Below, piece after piece: positions 1 to 13,954 of a stretch of DNA of 64,000 nt. Positions within the stretch are counted from its first letter, which is position 1; each line of letters begins with the position of its first letter. The position numbers were made by a program, and so were the translations under genes. Below the pieces are notes generated by a model. The model saw only the letters and a program-made list of their open reading frames with translations. It searched no databases and was not told the origin of the DNA. The stretch comes from Azolla caroliniana (Eukaryota > Plantae > Polypodiophyta), in NCBI GenBank assembly GCA_043228905.1, contig JBHGNT010000010.1:22010001-22074000 (forward strand), given 5' to 3'.

Positions 1-802
1 CCTGATGAATGCCCGGTTATGCCCGGAAGAAGTGAACGTTGCTTTCGACACTACCGATGAGTTGTGGCACAAGAGACTGTGTCACATGAGCGAGAAGGGG
101 ATGAAGAGGCTTGCCGATGAAAACCTTATTTCGGTGAAGAACGTGCACCTTGAGAAGTGCACTGACTAATTGGCCGGTAAGCAAAACCGAACCTCCTTTC
201 GCTCAAGGCCACCTATGAGACGTAATGCACCACTGGAGCTGGTGCATACCGATGTGTGTCAAGTGGACACGAAGTCACATGCCGGATCGCAGTACTTCAT
301 GACGTTCATAGATGACCACAACCGGAAGCTGTGGGCCACACCGTTGAAGACGAAAGATCAAGTGTTATCCGTCTTCAAGGAGCTCCATGTAAGAGTGTAA
401 AGAGAAACCGGCCGAAAGCTGAAGGTGGTTCAAGTAGATAATGAAGGCGAATACCGGGGGTAGTTTGAGGAGTACTGCCACTCGAAGGGCATCCAACTCG
501 AATTTACCGTGCCGAAGACGCTAGAACTAAACGGGCTGGCCGAGAGGATGAACTGGACCATAATGGAGAGGGTTCGGAGTATGCTAGCACATGCTAAGTT
601 ACCCAAGAAGTTTTGGGTTGAGGCGTTGGGGACAACGACATACGTGATAAACAGATCACCCTTAGTGCCCTTGGATGGAGACACACCGCAGAGAGTGTGG
701 ACCGGTAAGGAAGTTTCTTATCGGCATCTGAAGGTGTTCGAGTGTCTCGCTTACGTGCATGTTGTAAAGGACCGGAGAACAAAGTTGGATCCAAAGTCCC
801 GG

Positions 803-1392
803 TGTCGTGAAGAATTTCAGCCAGAGGCGAAAACCGGGAAACATTGGCTACATCGGCGGGGTGCAACATGTGTACGCACCCATGTACATTTAGTGTGAAT
901 ATCGAGGGTGCCTTTATGGCGCTGAAGAGTAGTCAAGTCGGGACAGACGATCCCATGAAAGTCGGGATTTTGTCCCACATTGTAACGCATCCCTCTCCTT
1001 GTTCTATAAAAGGAAGGGAACGCCCTTTGTGGAGGGGTTGCCCATTTTGCGATAGAGGGTATACCGTTAGGTTTAGAGTTAGGTTCTTCTTCTTCTCATT
1101 CTTCATGTTTCGCTTAGGGTTTGCTTTGGTTCGGCCTCCTGTGCAAGACCCCGCTCGACGCGACGAGCTGAGAGCTCCCCGACGGCGGCTTGGCAGCAGA
1201 CGACTACTGTAACCTACCTCAGTCCGGCTCGAAGCCAGGAATGTATTCCTTCTGTTTATACATATATATATATTTGCGTCTGTCTGTGTATATTCGCGTC
1301 TATGTTCGTGTCGGGTGTTTCCCCTTTCCTGCATTTCCTGTACATGAGGGCGCGAGGCGGGTCAACATGTGTGTGTGTGCGTGAGTCGGTGT

Positions 1393-1441
<49 letters not shown>

Positions 1442-1573
1442 CTCGGTTGCTTCCGGTGTGCTTCTGAGATGTCCCCGGGAACGGTGAAGCCCGACTTCCT
1501 ACGCTCCAACACTCCTTAGTCCAAGACCCCCGTGGTCCCGCCCTTCTACATGCACGCGCGTAATAATGCGACA
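803..1573 (+). mobile_element. Solo LTR (771 bp) of an unidentified family inserted in Copia A integrase
   Basis: TGTCG...CGACA termini; flanks CCGG (799-802) and TCGG (1574-1577); removing it restores the KxRPCIFL reading seen in the intact relative; TATAAAA near 1005. Confidence 0.8.
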
Positions 1574-1742
1574 TCGGCCTTGCATATTCCTCAGATACGA
1601 CAAGACCCTTGTCGATTGGGAGTCGGAGAAGAAGATAATGAACTCCGAGTTGACCGGTAAGGATCGGTTTGATGAGATTCAGACCTACCCGACTAAGAGC
1701 CGGTTGAGAGTCGAGGAACCGGCCGGTTACTGTGAGGATACC

Positions 1743-2029
1743 TGTCGAGCGCCAAGCTCAACCGGATCCGGATCGGCTGAATAAGCCTGGGCTGGATCGG
1801 CATCCAGAAGGATTAGCCGGTGAGCTAGATCGGACAACAACCGGAAGCCTAGTAGTAGCCTAGACTACTAGGTAGTTAATAGTCTCGTAGTTAGTGTCAA
1901 ACGCTCGAGTGAGCATTGAAGTACGTGGTGCTTCTGTCAATCCTCTTAGGACTTGTATAAATAGTGCTATTGAGCACGATGTATGTAAAGAGTTTTCAAG
2001 AGTTATTTTGAATAGAGTTTTTCGTTATG

Positions 2030-2068
<39 letters not shown>

Positions 2069-5000
2069 GCGTACTGCGTATATTCAAGCTCTCCATTAAA
2101 CTTGTGTTTCTGTGTTTTTCGGTTTTCTATTGCTTCCGCACATAATCTTTTACATGGTATCAGAGCGCGAGGGTTGAGAACCTTTGCAGCCGATATCAAC
2201 ATCTGAAGACAAACCCTAAGAATAGAAAAAGAAGTAATGGATAGAGGCATGACTAGCTCGCTTCCTACCGAGAAGCTTGACAGAAACAACTACGCGTCTT
2301 GGTCATACAAGATGCACCAATACTTGCTTGGGCATGGATACTGGAGCTATGTCGACGGAGCAAATGACACAACACCCGATTCGACACACAAAGACTTCCC
2401 TGCTTGGGAACAGTCGGCAAGCAGAGTTCTCTACTGCTTTGTGTCTTGTGTGGGCGAACAACTTCTGAGCTATATTTGGGATGCGAAAACGCCGAAGGAT
2501 GCTTGGGAAAATCTAAAGAAGTTTTTCGCCGCAAGCACCACAACCAGGAAGCTTCAACTCCGACAAGAGTTGAGTAACTTGCGACAACGCGATTTGTCGG
2601 TGGCTGACTACACCTCAAGGATCAAAGATATATGCGATTCCTTAGCCTCCATCGATGTGAATGTTGAGGAAGGCGAAATGGTGTAGATCTGTCTCAGGGG
2701 TCTAGTGTCGAAGTTCGGAGCGTTCCGAATGGTAGTATGTACAAGGGAGAATACGCCGTGATTTTTCGACTTATAGTTGATGCCGGTGTATCAACAAGTG
2801 CACCCATCGACAATCGGATGCTGTACACGGAGGCGGATCGGCCCCGTGGGTGTGGTGGATGAGGCGGGTCGGCTCGCAATGGTAGCGACTGGCAAGAGCA
2901 GGACCAAAGGCACAGAGAACGTGCCGACATCAGTTCCAGACCCTCCACAACCAGGGGGAGTTAAGGCGGCGCCGAAGGCTGGCAAGCAAAGGCCAACACG
3001 GAATGCTGGTACTATGGTAAAAAGGGCCACAGAGAAAGCGAGTGTTGGAAGAAGCGCGCCGATTCGGACAGATCTGGATCCGGCAAGCCCGACAATACTC
3101 ACATTACGCAGAAACCTGAACAACCGAGAGTCGTCGAAACCGGAGATCACACTCCTCACCCAATCGTGCATGTCGGAGAAGTCCCCTTGAGCCACGTCGG
3201 ACAGAGGGGGAAGCTGATGAATGTATTAACTATCACGAAGAACCTGGTGTCAGTTGGTCATATTGTTGACGAGGGGATGCAGGTGCAGTTTACGCACCTT
3301 GGGTGCTTCATCGAGGAAGAGGGCCAGATTATTGTGCAAGGGCGCAGAGACGGGAGCATGTTCATCCTTGATACCAATGACGTAGGCACCGCCTTGTTCG
3401 CCAAAGGACAAAAGGTCGAATCGGACATCGGCTTGTGGCACAAGCGGATCGACCACGTCAGTTACTAGAGGCTTCAAGACCTGCAAACGAAACAAGTCGT
3501 TTTCGGTTTGCCGAAATTTAGCGGCCTGAAGCCTGCTAACTCGGGAAGCAACACCGGCTTCCATTCCCCATCGAACAAAACCGTAGCCGTAACAAGCTCG
3601 ACCTTATTCATTCGGATGTATGGGGACTGGCACAAAACGTTTGTCTTGGCGGGAGTCGGTATTTCGTCTCCTTCATCGACGATTATAGCCGGCACACATG
3701 GATCTACCTGATTGAGTAGAAGAGCGAAGTCTTCAAGTGTTTCCGGAACCTGTAAAGGTTGGTTGAACGGGAAACGGAGAGGAAGATCAAGTGCTCGCGG
3801 TCGGATGGCGGAAAAGAATATTTTTTTGGTCAATTCAACAGTTATCTGCAGCAAAAAGGAATTCAGAGAGAGTTCAGCTGCAGATACACACCGGAGCAAA
3901 ACGGTGTGGCCAAAAGGAAGAACCGGTCGATTGTCGATGCGACAAGGGCAATGCTGGAGGAGAAGAGCATGCCGCACTTCTACTGGGCGGAGGCAGTCCG
4001 GACGACCATCTACATCCAAAACCGGATCGGTGACAAGGTGTCTGCGCATGAGCTGTATTTCGGACGCAAGCCGAATTTGAGACACCTTCGGATATTCGGT
4101 AGCATTGCATATGTGCATTGCAAAGTCGGAGAAATGCATCTTGGTCGGTTACTCGAATGAGAAAAAGGGGTATAAATGTTATAACCCCCGAACGAAGCAG
4201 GTCCGAGTTAGCCGGGATGTTGAGTTTGATGAGATGGCATCATGGTATGCCTTACCGGCTCCGACTTTCGACCCTGACCCGATACCGGAGGATGAGGCTA
4301 GTGAGCCTGAACTGATCCAGTTAGAAGATGAAGGGTTCGAGACTCTAGATGAGAGTCCGGATTCGTTTCGGTTGAGTGGACCGAATGAGCGGCTGAGTCG
4401 GGATGACCAGTTGGATGAGGAACCGACGAGTAATGGAGACTCTGCCGTGCTCTTCCCGTGCAAGGAACCGAGGAGACGATTCACGCGCAAAGAGAAGGGG
4501 AAGAAGAGGATGCCGGAATACGAAACCGGCAACGATGAGTCGGATTGGAGCGAATCTGACTTAGGAACGGATGAAGGCGGATATTCGGGAACGAAGTCCG
4601 ACCTGGCCAAGAAGGGCCCCAAACCGGGTAATACCAAGTTACGCCGGTCTTCCCACCTGAAGAATTCCATTACGCGGTACAGGTACAATGAGTACATGGC
4701 GCATCACTATGCGTACATGACCAAGGTGGCGGAAGTGCGTGAGCCGGAGAGCTACGCAGAAGCGGCAAAGGACGCAAATTGGCGTGCCGCTATGAAGGAA
4801 GAAATGCGGGCACTCGATGCCAACGACACATGGGACCTAGTTGACCATCCTCGACATTGTAAACCGATCGGATGTAAGTGGGTGTATAAGGTAAAGTACA
4901 ATGCTGACGGTTCGGTTAAATGGTACAAGGCCCGGTTAGTGCCGAAGGGATATGCGCAGACCCACGGAATCGACTACGACGAGACCTTCGCTCCAGTAGC

Positions 5001-7591
5001 AAAGATGACGACGGTTCGTGTGGTGCTGGTGGTTGCTGCGGCAAGGGGGTGGCATCTTCACCAGATGGACGTGAAGAATGCATTTCTTCAAGGCGATCTT
5101 GAAGAAGAGGTCTTTATGACCCAACCCCCCGGTTTGTAGTCGGAGATGAACAAGTTGGCGGTATGCCGGCTGAAGAAGTCACTTTATGGCTTGAAGCAAG
5201 CCCCCCGAGCTTGGAATGTGAAGATCACGCACCGATTGCGTAAGATGGGGTTTGCAGCCTCTAAGTCCTCTAAGTCTGAGTCTTTGTTGTTCATCAGACA
5301 AGGTCCAGACGGTCCGGTTTGCATCTTGTTGTATGTTGATGATCTGGTCATCACCGGACCCGGACTCGATGAAATCAGCCGAGTCAAGTCCCAACTCTCA
5401 GACGCATTTGAGATGAAGGACATGGGGGTCTTCACTATTTCCTTGGGATCAAGGTGATCCGAACCCCCAACGGCATATTGCTCTCACAAAGACACTATGT
5501 GTTAAATATGCTATACAAGTTCGGCATGACGAAATGCCGACTTGTCTCTACGCCCCTGGACCAGATGGACGTGAAGAATGTATTTCTTCAAGACGATCTT
5601 GAAGAAGAGGTCTTTATGACCCAACCCCCCAGTTTCCAATCGGAGATAAACAAGTCGGCAGTATGCCGGCTGAAGAAGTCACTTTATGGCCTAAAGCAAG
5701 TTCCCCGAGCTTGGAATGCGAAGATCATGCACCAGTTGCGTAAGATGGGGTTTGCGGCCTCCAAGTCCGGCTCTTCGTTGTTCATCCGGCAAGGTTCGGA
5801 TGGTCCGGTTTGCATCTTGCTATATGTTGATGATCTAGTCATCACCAGACCCGAACTCGATGAAATCAGTTGAGTCAAGTCCCAGCTGTTGGATGCATTT
5901 GAGATGAAGGACCTGGGGGACCTTCACTATTTCCTTGGGATTGAGGTGATCCGAACCCCCGACAACATATTTCTCTCACAAAGACACTATGTGTTGAACA
6001 TGATGTACAAGTTCAGCATGACGGAATGCCGACTGATCTCCACACCACTAGATCGGAACTAGAAGCTTCGTCCCGACTCCGGACCGGCCTACGATGAGAA
6101 ACGGTTTCGACAAATCGTCAGAAGCCGTATATATCTGACAATCACCCGACCCGACATCAATTACCCGGTCGGCGTAATCAGCCAATATATGTAGAAGCCA
6201 ACCGTGGAGCACCTTCCGTGCGCGCATTGAATTTTGCGATATGTGAGCGGCACGAAGCACCGGGGACTGTTATACCGGCATGGTATAACTGAAGAATTTG
6301 CCGGCTACACCGATGCCGACTGGGCTGGCGATGCATCGGATCGCCGATCCACCTTAGGATATATGTTTTCCCTTGGTAGCGCGGTTGTTGCGTGGAGCAG
6401 CAAAAAGCAGCCAACAATGGCCCTTTCAAGCACTGAGGCTGAATACCAGGGTGCTACAGTTGCCACCTGTGAAGCCATTTGGCTTCGGCGATTGTTGAAA
6501 GACCTTCGGATCGAGGTGCCGACCTCGATCCTGATCTACTACGACAACATAAGCAGCATACAGCTCGCCAAGAGCCCTGTATTCCATGCTCGCACAAAGC
6601 ACATAGAAGTGCACTACCACTTCGTGGGTGAGCGTGTTCTGAGCGGTGAAGTCGAACTTCGGTATGTTCATACAGATTGACAAGTTGCTGACATCTTCAC
6701 CAAACCGCTCAGATCGGACAAGTTGCAGCACTTCATCGAAATGCTTGGTGTTCAGCATCTCGACGTGCCACACTTAAGGGGGAGAACGGGCAAAGACACT
6801 GGAACGGGCAAAGGCAAAGAAACTGCCGCTTGTGCCGGTGAGGGAAGAACTGACAAAGGGGGAGACAAGAAGAAGGCCAAGACCCGGACATGGTCCAATG
6901 TGGTAAAGGGTTTGGAACCGGAAGACGAATCGGGAGCGATCGATTCAGACAAGAGCTGGAACGAATCGGAGACAACCGATTCGGTTCAATAAAAGGATAT
7001 GGAAGAACCGGATCAATTAAAGGCCAAGAGGACGAGAAGGCAACGAAAGTCGACGCCAACACGAAGGAATTGACGAATCGACAAGCCCCGAAGTCACAAC
7101 AGCGAGGGAGCTGAATTGGGCCTGTTGAAAAGACAAGCCGACCGAGGAGGTCGAGGCACGCAAAACTAGAGGGGTCGCGGCAAACGGGACCGGACCGGAC
7201 GAGGAGCATGAGCGAGGCGGAGTGACGCTAGAAAGAGCTGGGTGGAAGGACTGGTTGCCATGGAAACTGACACTATGGTCCGACCACAAGTTGAGCTTGA
7301 GGGGGAGTGTTGAGCGCCAAGCTCAACCGGATCCGGATCGGTTGAATAAGCCTGAGCCAGTGAGCCAGTGAGCTAGGGAGCCGGTTAGCTAGATCGGATA
7401 GCAACTGGAAGCCTAGTAGTAGCCTAGACTACTAGGTAGTTAGTAGTCTCGTAGTTAGTGTCAAACGCTCGAGTGAGCATTGAAGTACGCGGTACTTCTG
7501 TCAGTCCTCTTAAGACTTGTATAAATAGTGTTGTTGAGCATGTTGGATGTACAGAGTTTTCAAGAGTTATTTTGAATAGAGTTTTCGTTTT

Positions 7592-7641
<50 letters not shown>

Positions 7642-7729
7642 CCACGTACTACGTATATTCAAGCTCTCCATTAAACCCGCGTTTCTGTGTTTTTCGGTTT
7701 TCTATTGCTTCCGCACATAATCTTTTACA
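1743..7729 (+). mobile_element. Ty1/Copia LTR retrotransposon 'B', full-length but decayed, nested in Copia A
   Basis: LTRs 1743-2154 and 7308-7729 (TG..CA); PBS TGGTATCAGAGC 2155-2166; PPT GAGGGGGAG 7299-7307; TSD ATACC (1738-1742)/ATACT (7730-7734); gag-PR-INT-RT-RH order. Confidence 0.95.
2237..6992 (+). pseudogene. Copia B gag-pol polyprotein, frameshifted with stops; contains a ~500-bp tandem duplication in RT
   Basis: EKLDRNNYASWSYKM (gag), RSDGGKEY and PEQNGVAKRKNR (INT), [12 protein letters not shown] and LYVDDL (RT), GYTDADWAG and KHIEVHYHFV (RNaseH); the block starting CCAGATGGACGTGAAGAATG occurs at 5061 and again at 5561. Confidence 0.92.
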
Positions 7730-9495
7730 ATACTGAACCGACAGAAGAAGAAGAGGAAGCTGAAACTAGAACCGGCCAAGACCCCGAATCGGATTCAGAT
7801 GAAGAACAAACAGAGGAGCTGGTTGCCCAAAGCCAAAGACGGAGATATCCTCTCAGAGAGAGAAGGGCTCCCCGGAGATTTCCTAATGCAGAGCATGTGT
7901 TGCTAACCAATGAGGGGGATCCGGAAAGTTTCGAAGAAGCAAAGGAGGACACCCATAGCCGCAAATGGTTGAGTGCCATGCAGGACGAGATGGATTCCCT
8001 GCATGAGAACCAGACGTATGAATTGGTGGAGTTGCTGAAAGGAAAGAGGGCACTCCGAAACAAGTGGGTGTACAAGCTGAAACCGGGAGATGTTGGAAAC
8101 CCCCCGAGATACAAAGCCAAGATTGTGGTGAAGGGGTTCCAGCAGAAGAAGGGTGTGGACTTTGATGAGATATTTTCCCTGGTAGTAAAGATGACTTCCA
8201 TTCGGACGGTGCTGAGCATAGCGGCGGGCATGGACCTCGAGGTAGAGTAGTTAGACGTGAAGACGGTGTTCCTCCACAGCGACCTCGAAGAGGAGATCTA
8301 CATGCAATAACTGGAGGGATTTGTGAAGAAAGGGAAGGAGCACCTGGTTTGCCGGTTGATGAAGAGCCTCTACGGTTTGAAGTAGGCTCCCCAACAATGG
8401 TACCGGAAGTTTGACTCCATGACGGATCAAGGATACCACAAGACGCAGGCCGATCACTGCGTGTTTGGGAAGAAGTTTGAAGGTGGAGACTTCCGGATAC
8501 TCCTCCTGTACGTGGACCACATGTTGATCGTCAGACGAGACCAAGTCAAGATACGGATGTTGAAGCAAGCTTTGAACTGGACCTTCTCAATGAAAGACTT
8601 GGGTCTGGCAAGACAGATACTGGGGATGCATATCATCCGGGACCGGTCAAAGAAGCAATTGTGGTTGTCACAGGAGAAATACGTGACAAAGGTGCTTCAG
8701 CAGTTCAACATGTCAGATGCGAAACCGGTCGGATCGACACTCCCGGCAAATTGCAGGTTATCCGGTAAGAAAAGCTTGAAGACGAAGGCAGAGAAGGCGT
8801 ATATGATGAAGATACCATATGCCTTTGTCGTCGGGAGCTTAATGTACACAATGGTGTGTACCCGACCGGATATCGGATACGCAGTCGGAGTGGTGAGCCG
8901 ATTTATGAGCAATCCCGACAAGGAGCACTAGAATGCAGTAAAATGGATACTCTGATACTTGAAAGGCACCTCAAGTATGTGTCTCCTATTCGGCTCTGTT
9001 AAACCCAACTTTACGGTTTCACCGATTTAGATATGTCAGCTAATGCGGATACTAGCCGGTCAACATCAGGATATGCTATGACATATGCATGGGGAACTGT
9101 TTCGTGGCAATCGAGGTTGCAGAAGATGGTTGCGTTGTCAACCACGGAAGCGGAGTACATGGCAACTGTTGAAGCCAACAAGGAAATACTATGGATGAAG
9201 GACTTCATCAAAGAGCTAGGGATCCGACAAGAGGAATACCGGCTCTATTGCGACAGTCAAAGTGCTATCCACCTTGTGAAGAACGCGACGTATCATTCCA
9301 GGGCGAAGCACATCTAGCGGAGGTACCACTAGATCCGGGAGCGAGTGGAAGATTGAGAGTTTGTGCTTACTAAGATCCACACGGAGGAGAATGGATCAGA
9401 TATGCTGACCAAAGTGCTGACACCTGACAAGCTAGATGCATGCCGAAAGAGGATCGAATTGACGAGGCATCCCATGCCAGAGTGACGGGGGAGTT

Positions 9496-10244
<749 letters not shown>

Positions 10245-10985
10245 CATGTCTCGTTGTTGCATAATGCACACATCTCTTCGTTCATTGCTTCGATCCATCG
10301 CGGGTCCTTTGCGGCTTTGGAAAAGGTTTCTGGCTCCCGTACTGTTGCCACCATCATAAATGCGTAATGGTACGCCATGTACTCATTGTTACAGCCGAAT
10401 CGGCTTACGAGGTTGTTTTCATGGGTGGATCAACGGAGTTTCTTGTTTGCGGATTCTAAGGCTTTCTTTACTCCGTTTGTCCGGATGTCAAGGCCTTCGA
10501 ACTCACTATCGAGGGAGTGAGTCGATTCAATGCCGTCGAAATGATTGTCTTCATACTCCGTCATTTTGGCCTTCCCTTTGGCTAGCTTCGGACTCGGTCG
10601 AGATGTGCTTTGATTGCTCGGAGGCTCTTGTGGTCCGCTCAGTCGGGTCGTGGTTGGACTTTCTTCGAACATGTGCGTAAGGCGAACTTCATCCTCTATC
10701 TCTTGTTCGACGGATTCCGGGTTGAGCGGAATCGGAGTCGAAGTTGTCTCTCGTGCATACCGGAATGCGGACTCGTCAAAAACAATGTCTTGACTTACGC
10801 GAACTTTTCGAGTTGAGGGGTTATAGCACTTGCACCCCTTTTGCTCCAGTGAGTATCCGATGAGGATACATTTCTCTAACTTCGGGTCGAGCTTTTGTCG
10901 CTTTTAGTCGGGGATGTGCACATACGGAATGGAGCCGAATATCCGAACATGCAATAGGTCCGACTTCTTTCCGAAAAACTTCTCA

Positions 10986-11374
10986 TGCGGCGTGAGGTCA
11001 TGCACGACGGAGGTCGTATATCGATTCATGAGGTATATGACTGTGTTAGCCGCTACTGCCCAGTACGACTTCGGTAGGTGCTTTTCGTTAATCATGGTCT
11101 GTGCTACTTCGAGGATGTGCTGATTCTTTCGTTCGGCCATTTCGTTTTGTTGTGGCGTATGTCGACACGAAAACTCTCGCTGAATTCCTTCTTTTTGTAG
11201 ATACGCCACAACAAAACGAAATGGCCGAACGAAAGAATCGGCACATCCTCGAAGTAGCACAGACCATGATTAACGAAAGCACCTACCGAAGTCGTACTGG
11301 GCAGTAGCGGCTAACACAGTCATATACCTCATGAATCGATATACGACCTCCGTCGTGCATGACCTCACGCCGCA
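10986..11374. repeat. ~174-bp near-perfect inverted repeat (fold-back) in Copia C integrase
   Basis: 11201-11374 is the reverse complement of 10986-11160, with a 40-nt spacer; I see only one 1-nt indel and one C/T difference. Confidence 0.95.
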
Positions 11375-11999
11375 AAGGCACTGTACATGTCGACTCGTAG
11401 CTTTTTCGACTCCACTCTTAAATTTTTGGAAGTGTCCGAACACTTCAGGGTAAAAGCATGCTAGTGGAAACACTATTATAGCTCATTAGCTACTAAAATG
11501 GCCATAGCTAATTAGTTATTTGTTTAGCTAGTCTTTTTTGTGGGAAAATCAAATATTTGAAAAATTAATTTATGAAAAAACTCAAATATTTGAACTTCTA
11601 TTTCAGACGTAGTGGAACTTGGGGAATAACACCATCATCTAAGGTCGACTTCAATGTCATCAATTTCCTGTTTAGCCTAAGTTTGATTTTGAACGCAGAT
11701 GGAGTACTCAGAGCACGAACGCAAACGTAGCTCCCGCAGCAGCAGAAAATCGACATTGCAGATTGAGAGCTACAACACAGAACCCGCTCGATCATCATCC
11801 AGGTATGTTTCAGTTACAGAAACCCCAAACATTTGTTTTTTCTTTTTGACTACTGTCTGAACTTTGGTGCCGATTCATATTTCCCCAAAATCGAATAGGG
11901 CGAAGTCCTTGGAGTCCCATACAAGGATGTCTCGTAGATCGGGGAGTAGCAACAGGTGTGTTTATATTACTTTTTTTGTGTTTAATCCTGTCTTTAGTG

Positions 12000-12580
12000 A
12001 TGATTGGGGTTTCTGATTGAAATTTCTGATTAGGGTTTTTGTTTATAAATTTCTGATTAGAATTTTTTATTAGGGTTTGTGATTGAAATTTCTGATTAGG
12101 GTTTTTGATAGAAAATTTTGATTAGGGTTTTTGATTATAAATTTTTGATTAGAATTTCTGAATAGGGTTTCTGGTTACAAATTTTGATTACAGATTAAAA
12201 TTTTTGATTAGAATTTTTGAATAGGGTTTTTGTTTATAAATTTCTGTTTAGAATTTCAAATTAGGGTTTGTGACTGAAATTTTTGATTAGGGTTTTTGAT
12301 TGAAATTTTTGATTAGGGTTTTTGATTATAAATTTCTGAATAGAATTTCTGAATAGGGTTTTTGGTTACAAATTTATGATTACAGATTTTGATTAGGGTT
12401 TTTGATTTCAAACTTCTGATTACAAATTTGGATTAGGGTTTCTGATTTCAAATTTCTGAATACAAATTATGATTAGGGTTTCTAATTTGCTAAGTTAAAG
12501 ATTTTGCACTATTTCTGTTGTTGTTGATTGGGGTTTCTGATTCTGACATATTCTGATTTTGCACTATTTCTGATTTCTGA
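12000..12580 (+). repeat. Degenerate ~12/24-bp minisatellite rich in TTAGGGTTT (telo-box) in a predicted 5'-UTR intron of the cargo gene
   Basis: Repeated GATTAGGGTTTTTGATT(G/A)AAATTT units; bounded by donor CAG|GTGTG (~11956) and acceptor TTTCAG|ATG (12593/12594). Confidence 0.85.
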
Positions 12581-13954
12581 AATGATATTTCAGATGGCTC
12601 GTTCCTCCGTATCCGAGAGTGCTAAACTTCGCAAAATTTTGCGAGACAAAGGAGGACTTCCACAACACCTATGGTCTGTCACTCGAGGGTGTTGACCCTG
12701 CTGTCCTAAGTGATAAATTGATCAGTGATGTAGACTGGATGACAGTATATATAGTGCCTTGAATAAAAGGCAAGGTCAAGCTGAAGCATGTACGAGTCGA
12801 CTTGTACGATGACTGCATGAGGCTACACCAGAAAGTTCATCAAGAGATCCCAATCAACAATGAGTTGTCAGTTTCATTTGCTAGAGTATTTGCATATGAG
12901 TATTGCAAAACAACGAAGGAATCTAGAGACCCTGAAATGTATAGGGTAGCTTGGGCAGTCTATGGTGAGGCATCGGTAAAAAGATGCCGAAAGATGGGGA
13001 CCTTGGCACAAAAAATAGACAGATTTTGGAGCATGGCAGCTGTTGATGCAACTGCCGACTTCCACCAAAACCGGGGGCATACACCACACCGACACCCAAG
13101 GAAAGCCAATGTCGATGATACAGGTGAGACATTGGTTAGCTATATGCTAAAAAATGTCCATGAAGCCTGTGAAACATTGGTATTTTTTAAGACTGATTTA
13201 GAGAAAGCCACAATGGCTTTTGCAATGGAGAGCAAAGTTACTTCCGCTGTTACAATGATTAGAAATAAGATTCAGGAAACTATTGTTTTGCTGGTATGTG
13301 ATTGTGTTATAAATAACTTTAAGGGTAAAATGTGCTAATCAAGCATTATTTGGAATAGGTTGGGCAACAGGAGCTTGAATTAGAGGGACCACTGGATCCC
13401 CAACGTAAAATACAACAGCAAATAGAGATCCAGGTTCTTTCAATGAACCTGGACCTTCTAGGTGTAAATACTGTTGCAGATTACAATTTGGAAAAGCTTC
13501 AAGTAAGTTAACGATTCTTGAGCAAAGTTGGTGTATCTTTCTCAGACCGGAATAATTAATCGGTAAATTTCTCTATTGCGTTGAAGGAACAAAACATTCA
13601 TCAAGAACAGGTAGTTAGCTGCCTTAAGAAGCAGTTACATTTTGTGGAGGGAATGGTAAGGACCACACAGGATTTGGACCTAAACATTCTTGCTCCCTTA
13701 CCAAATGAAGGAGAACCAGAAAATGATTTATTAACAGTTCAAGCACGTTGCATCGCTTGCAGGTTAGGTGCGGAGGACAAAACTGCGTCTTTGTTGGTTC
13801 ACCTACAACCATGCAACCACACATACCATCTGCTTTGTTTTCAACATGCCTGTCGAATTGCTGCATTCTATTTGGGAGATTGCAGTACAACTCTACCAAA
13901 TGAGTGGAGAAAACTAATAGGTATACCATACTATAACTAATAAGCTTAGTCTTT

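Noticed and set aside
12000-12580. Interstitial telomere or chromosome fusion site
   Set aside because: TTAGGG motifs are isolated within a longer unit, not contiguous (TTTAGGG)n, and lie inside a transposon intron.
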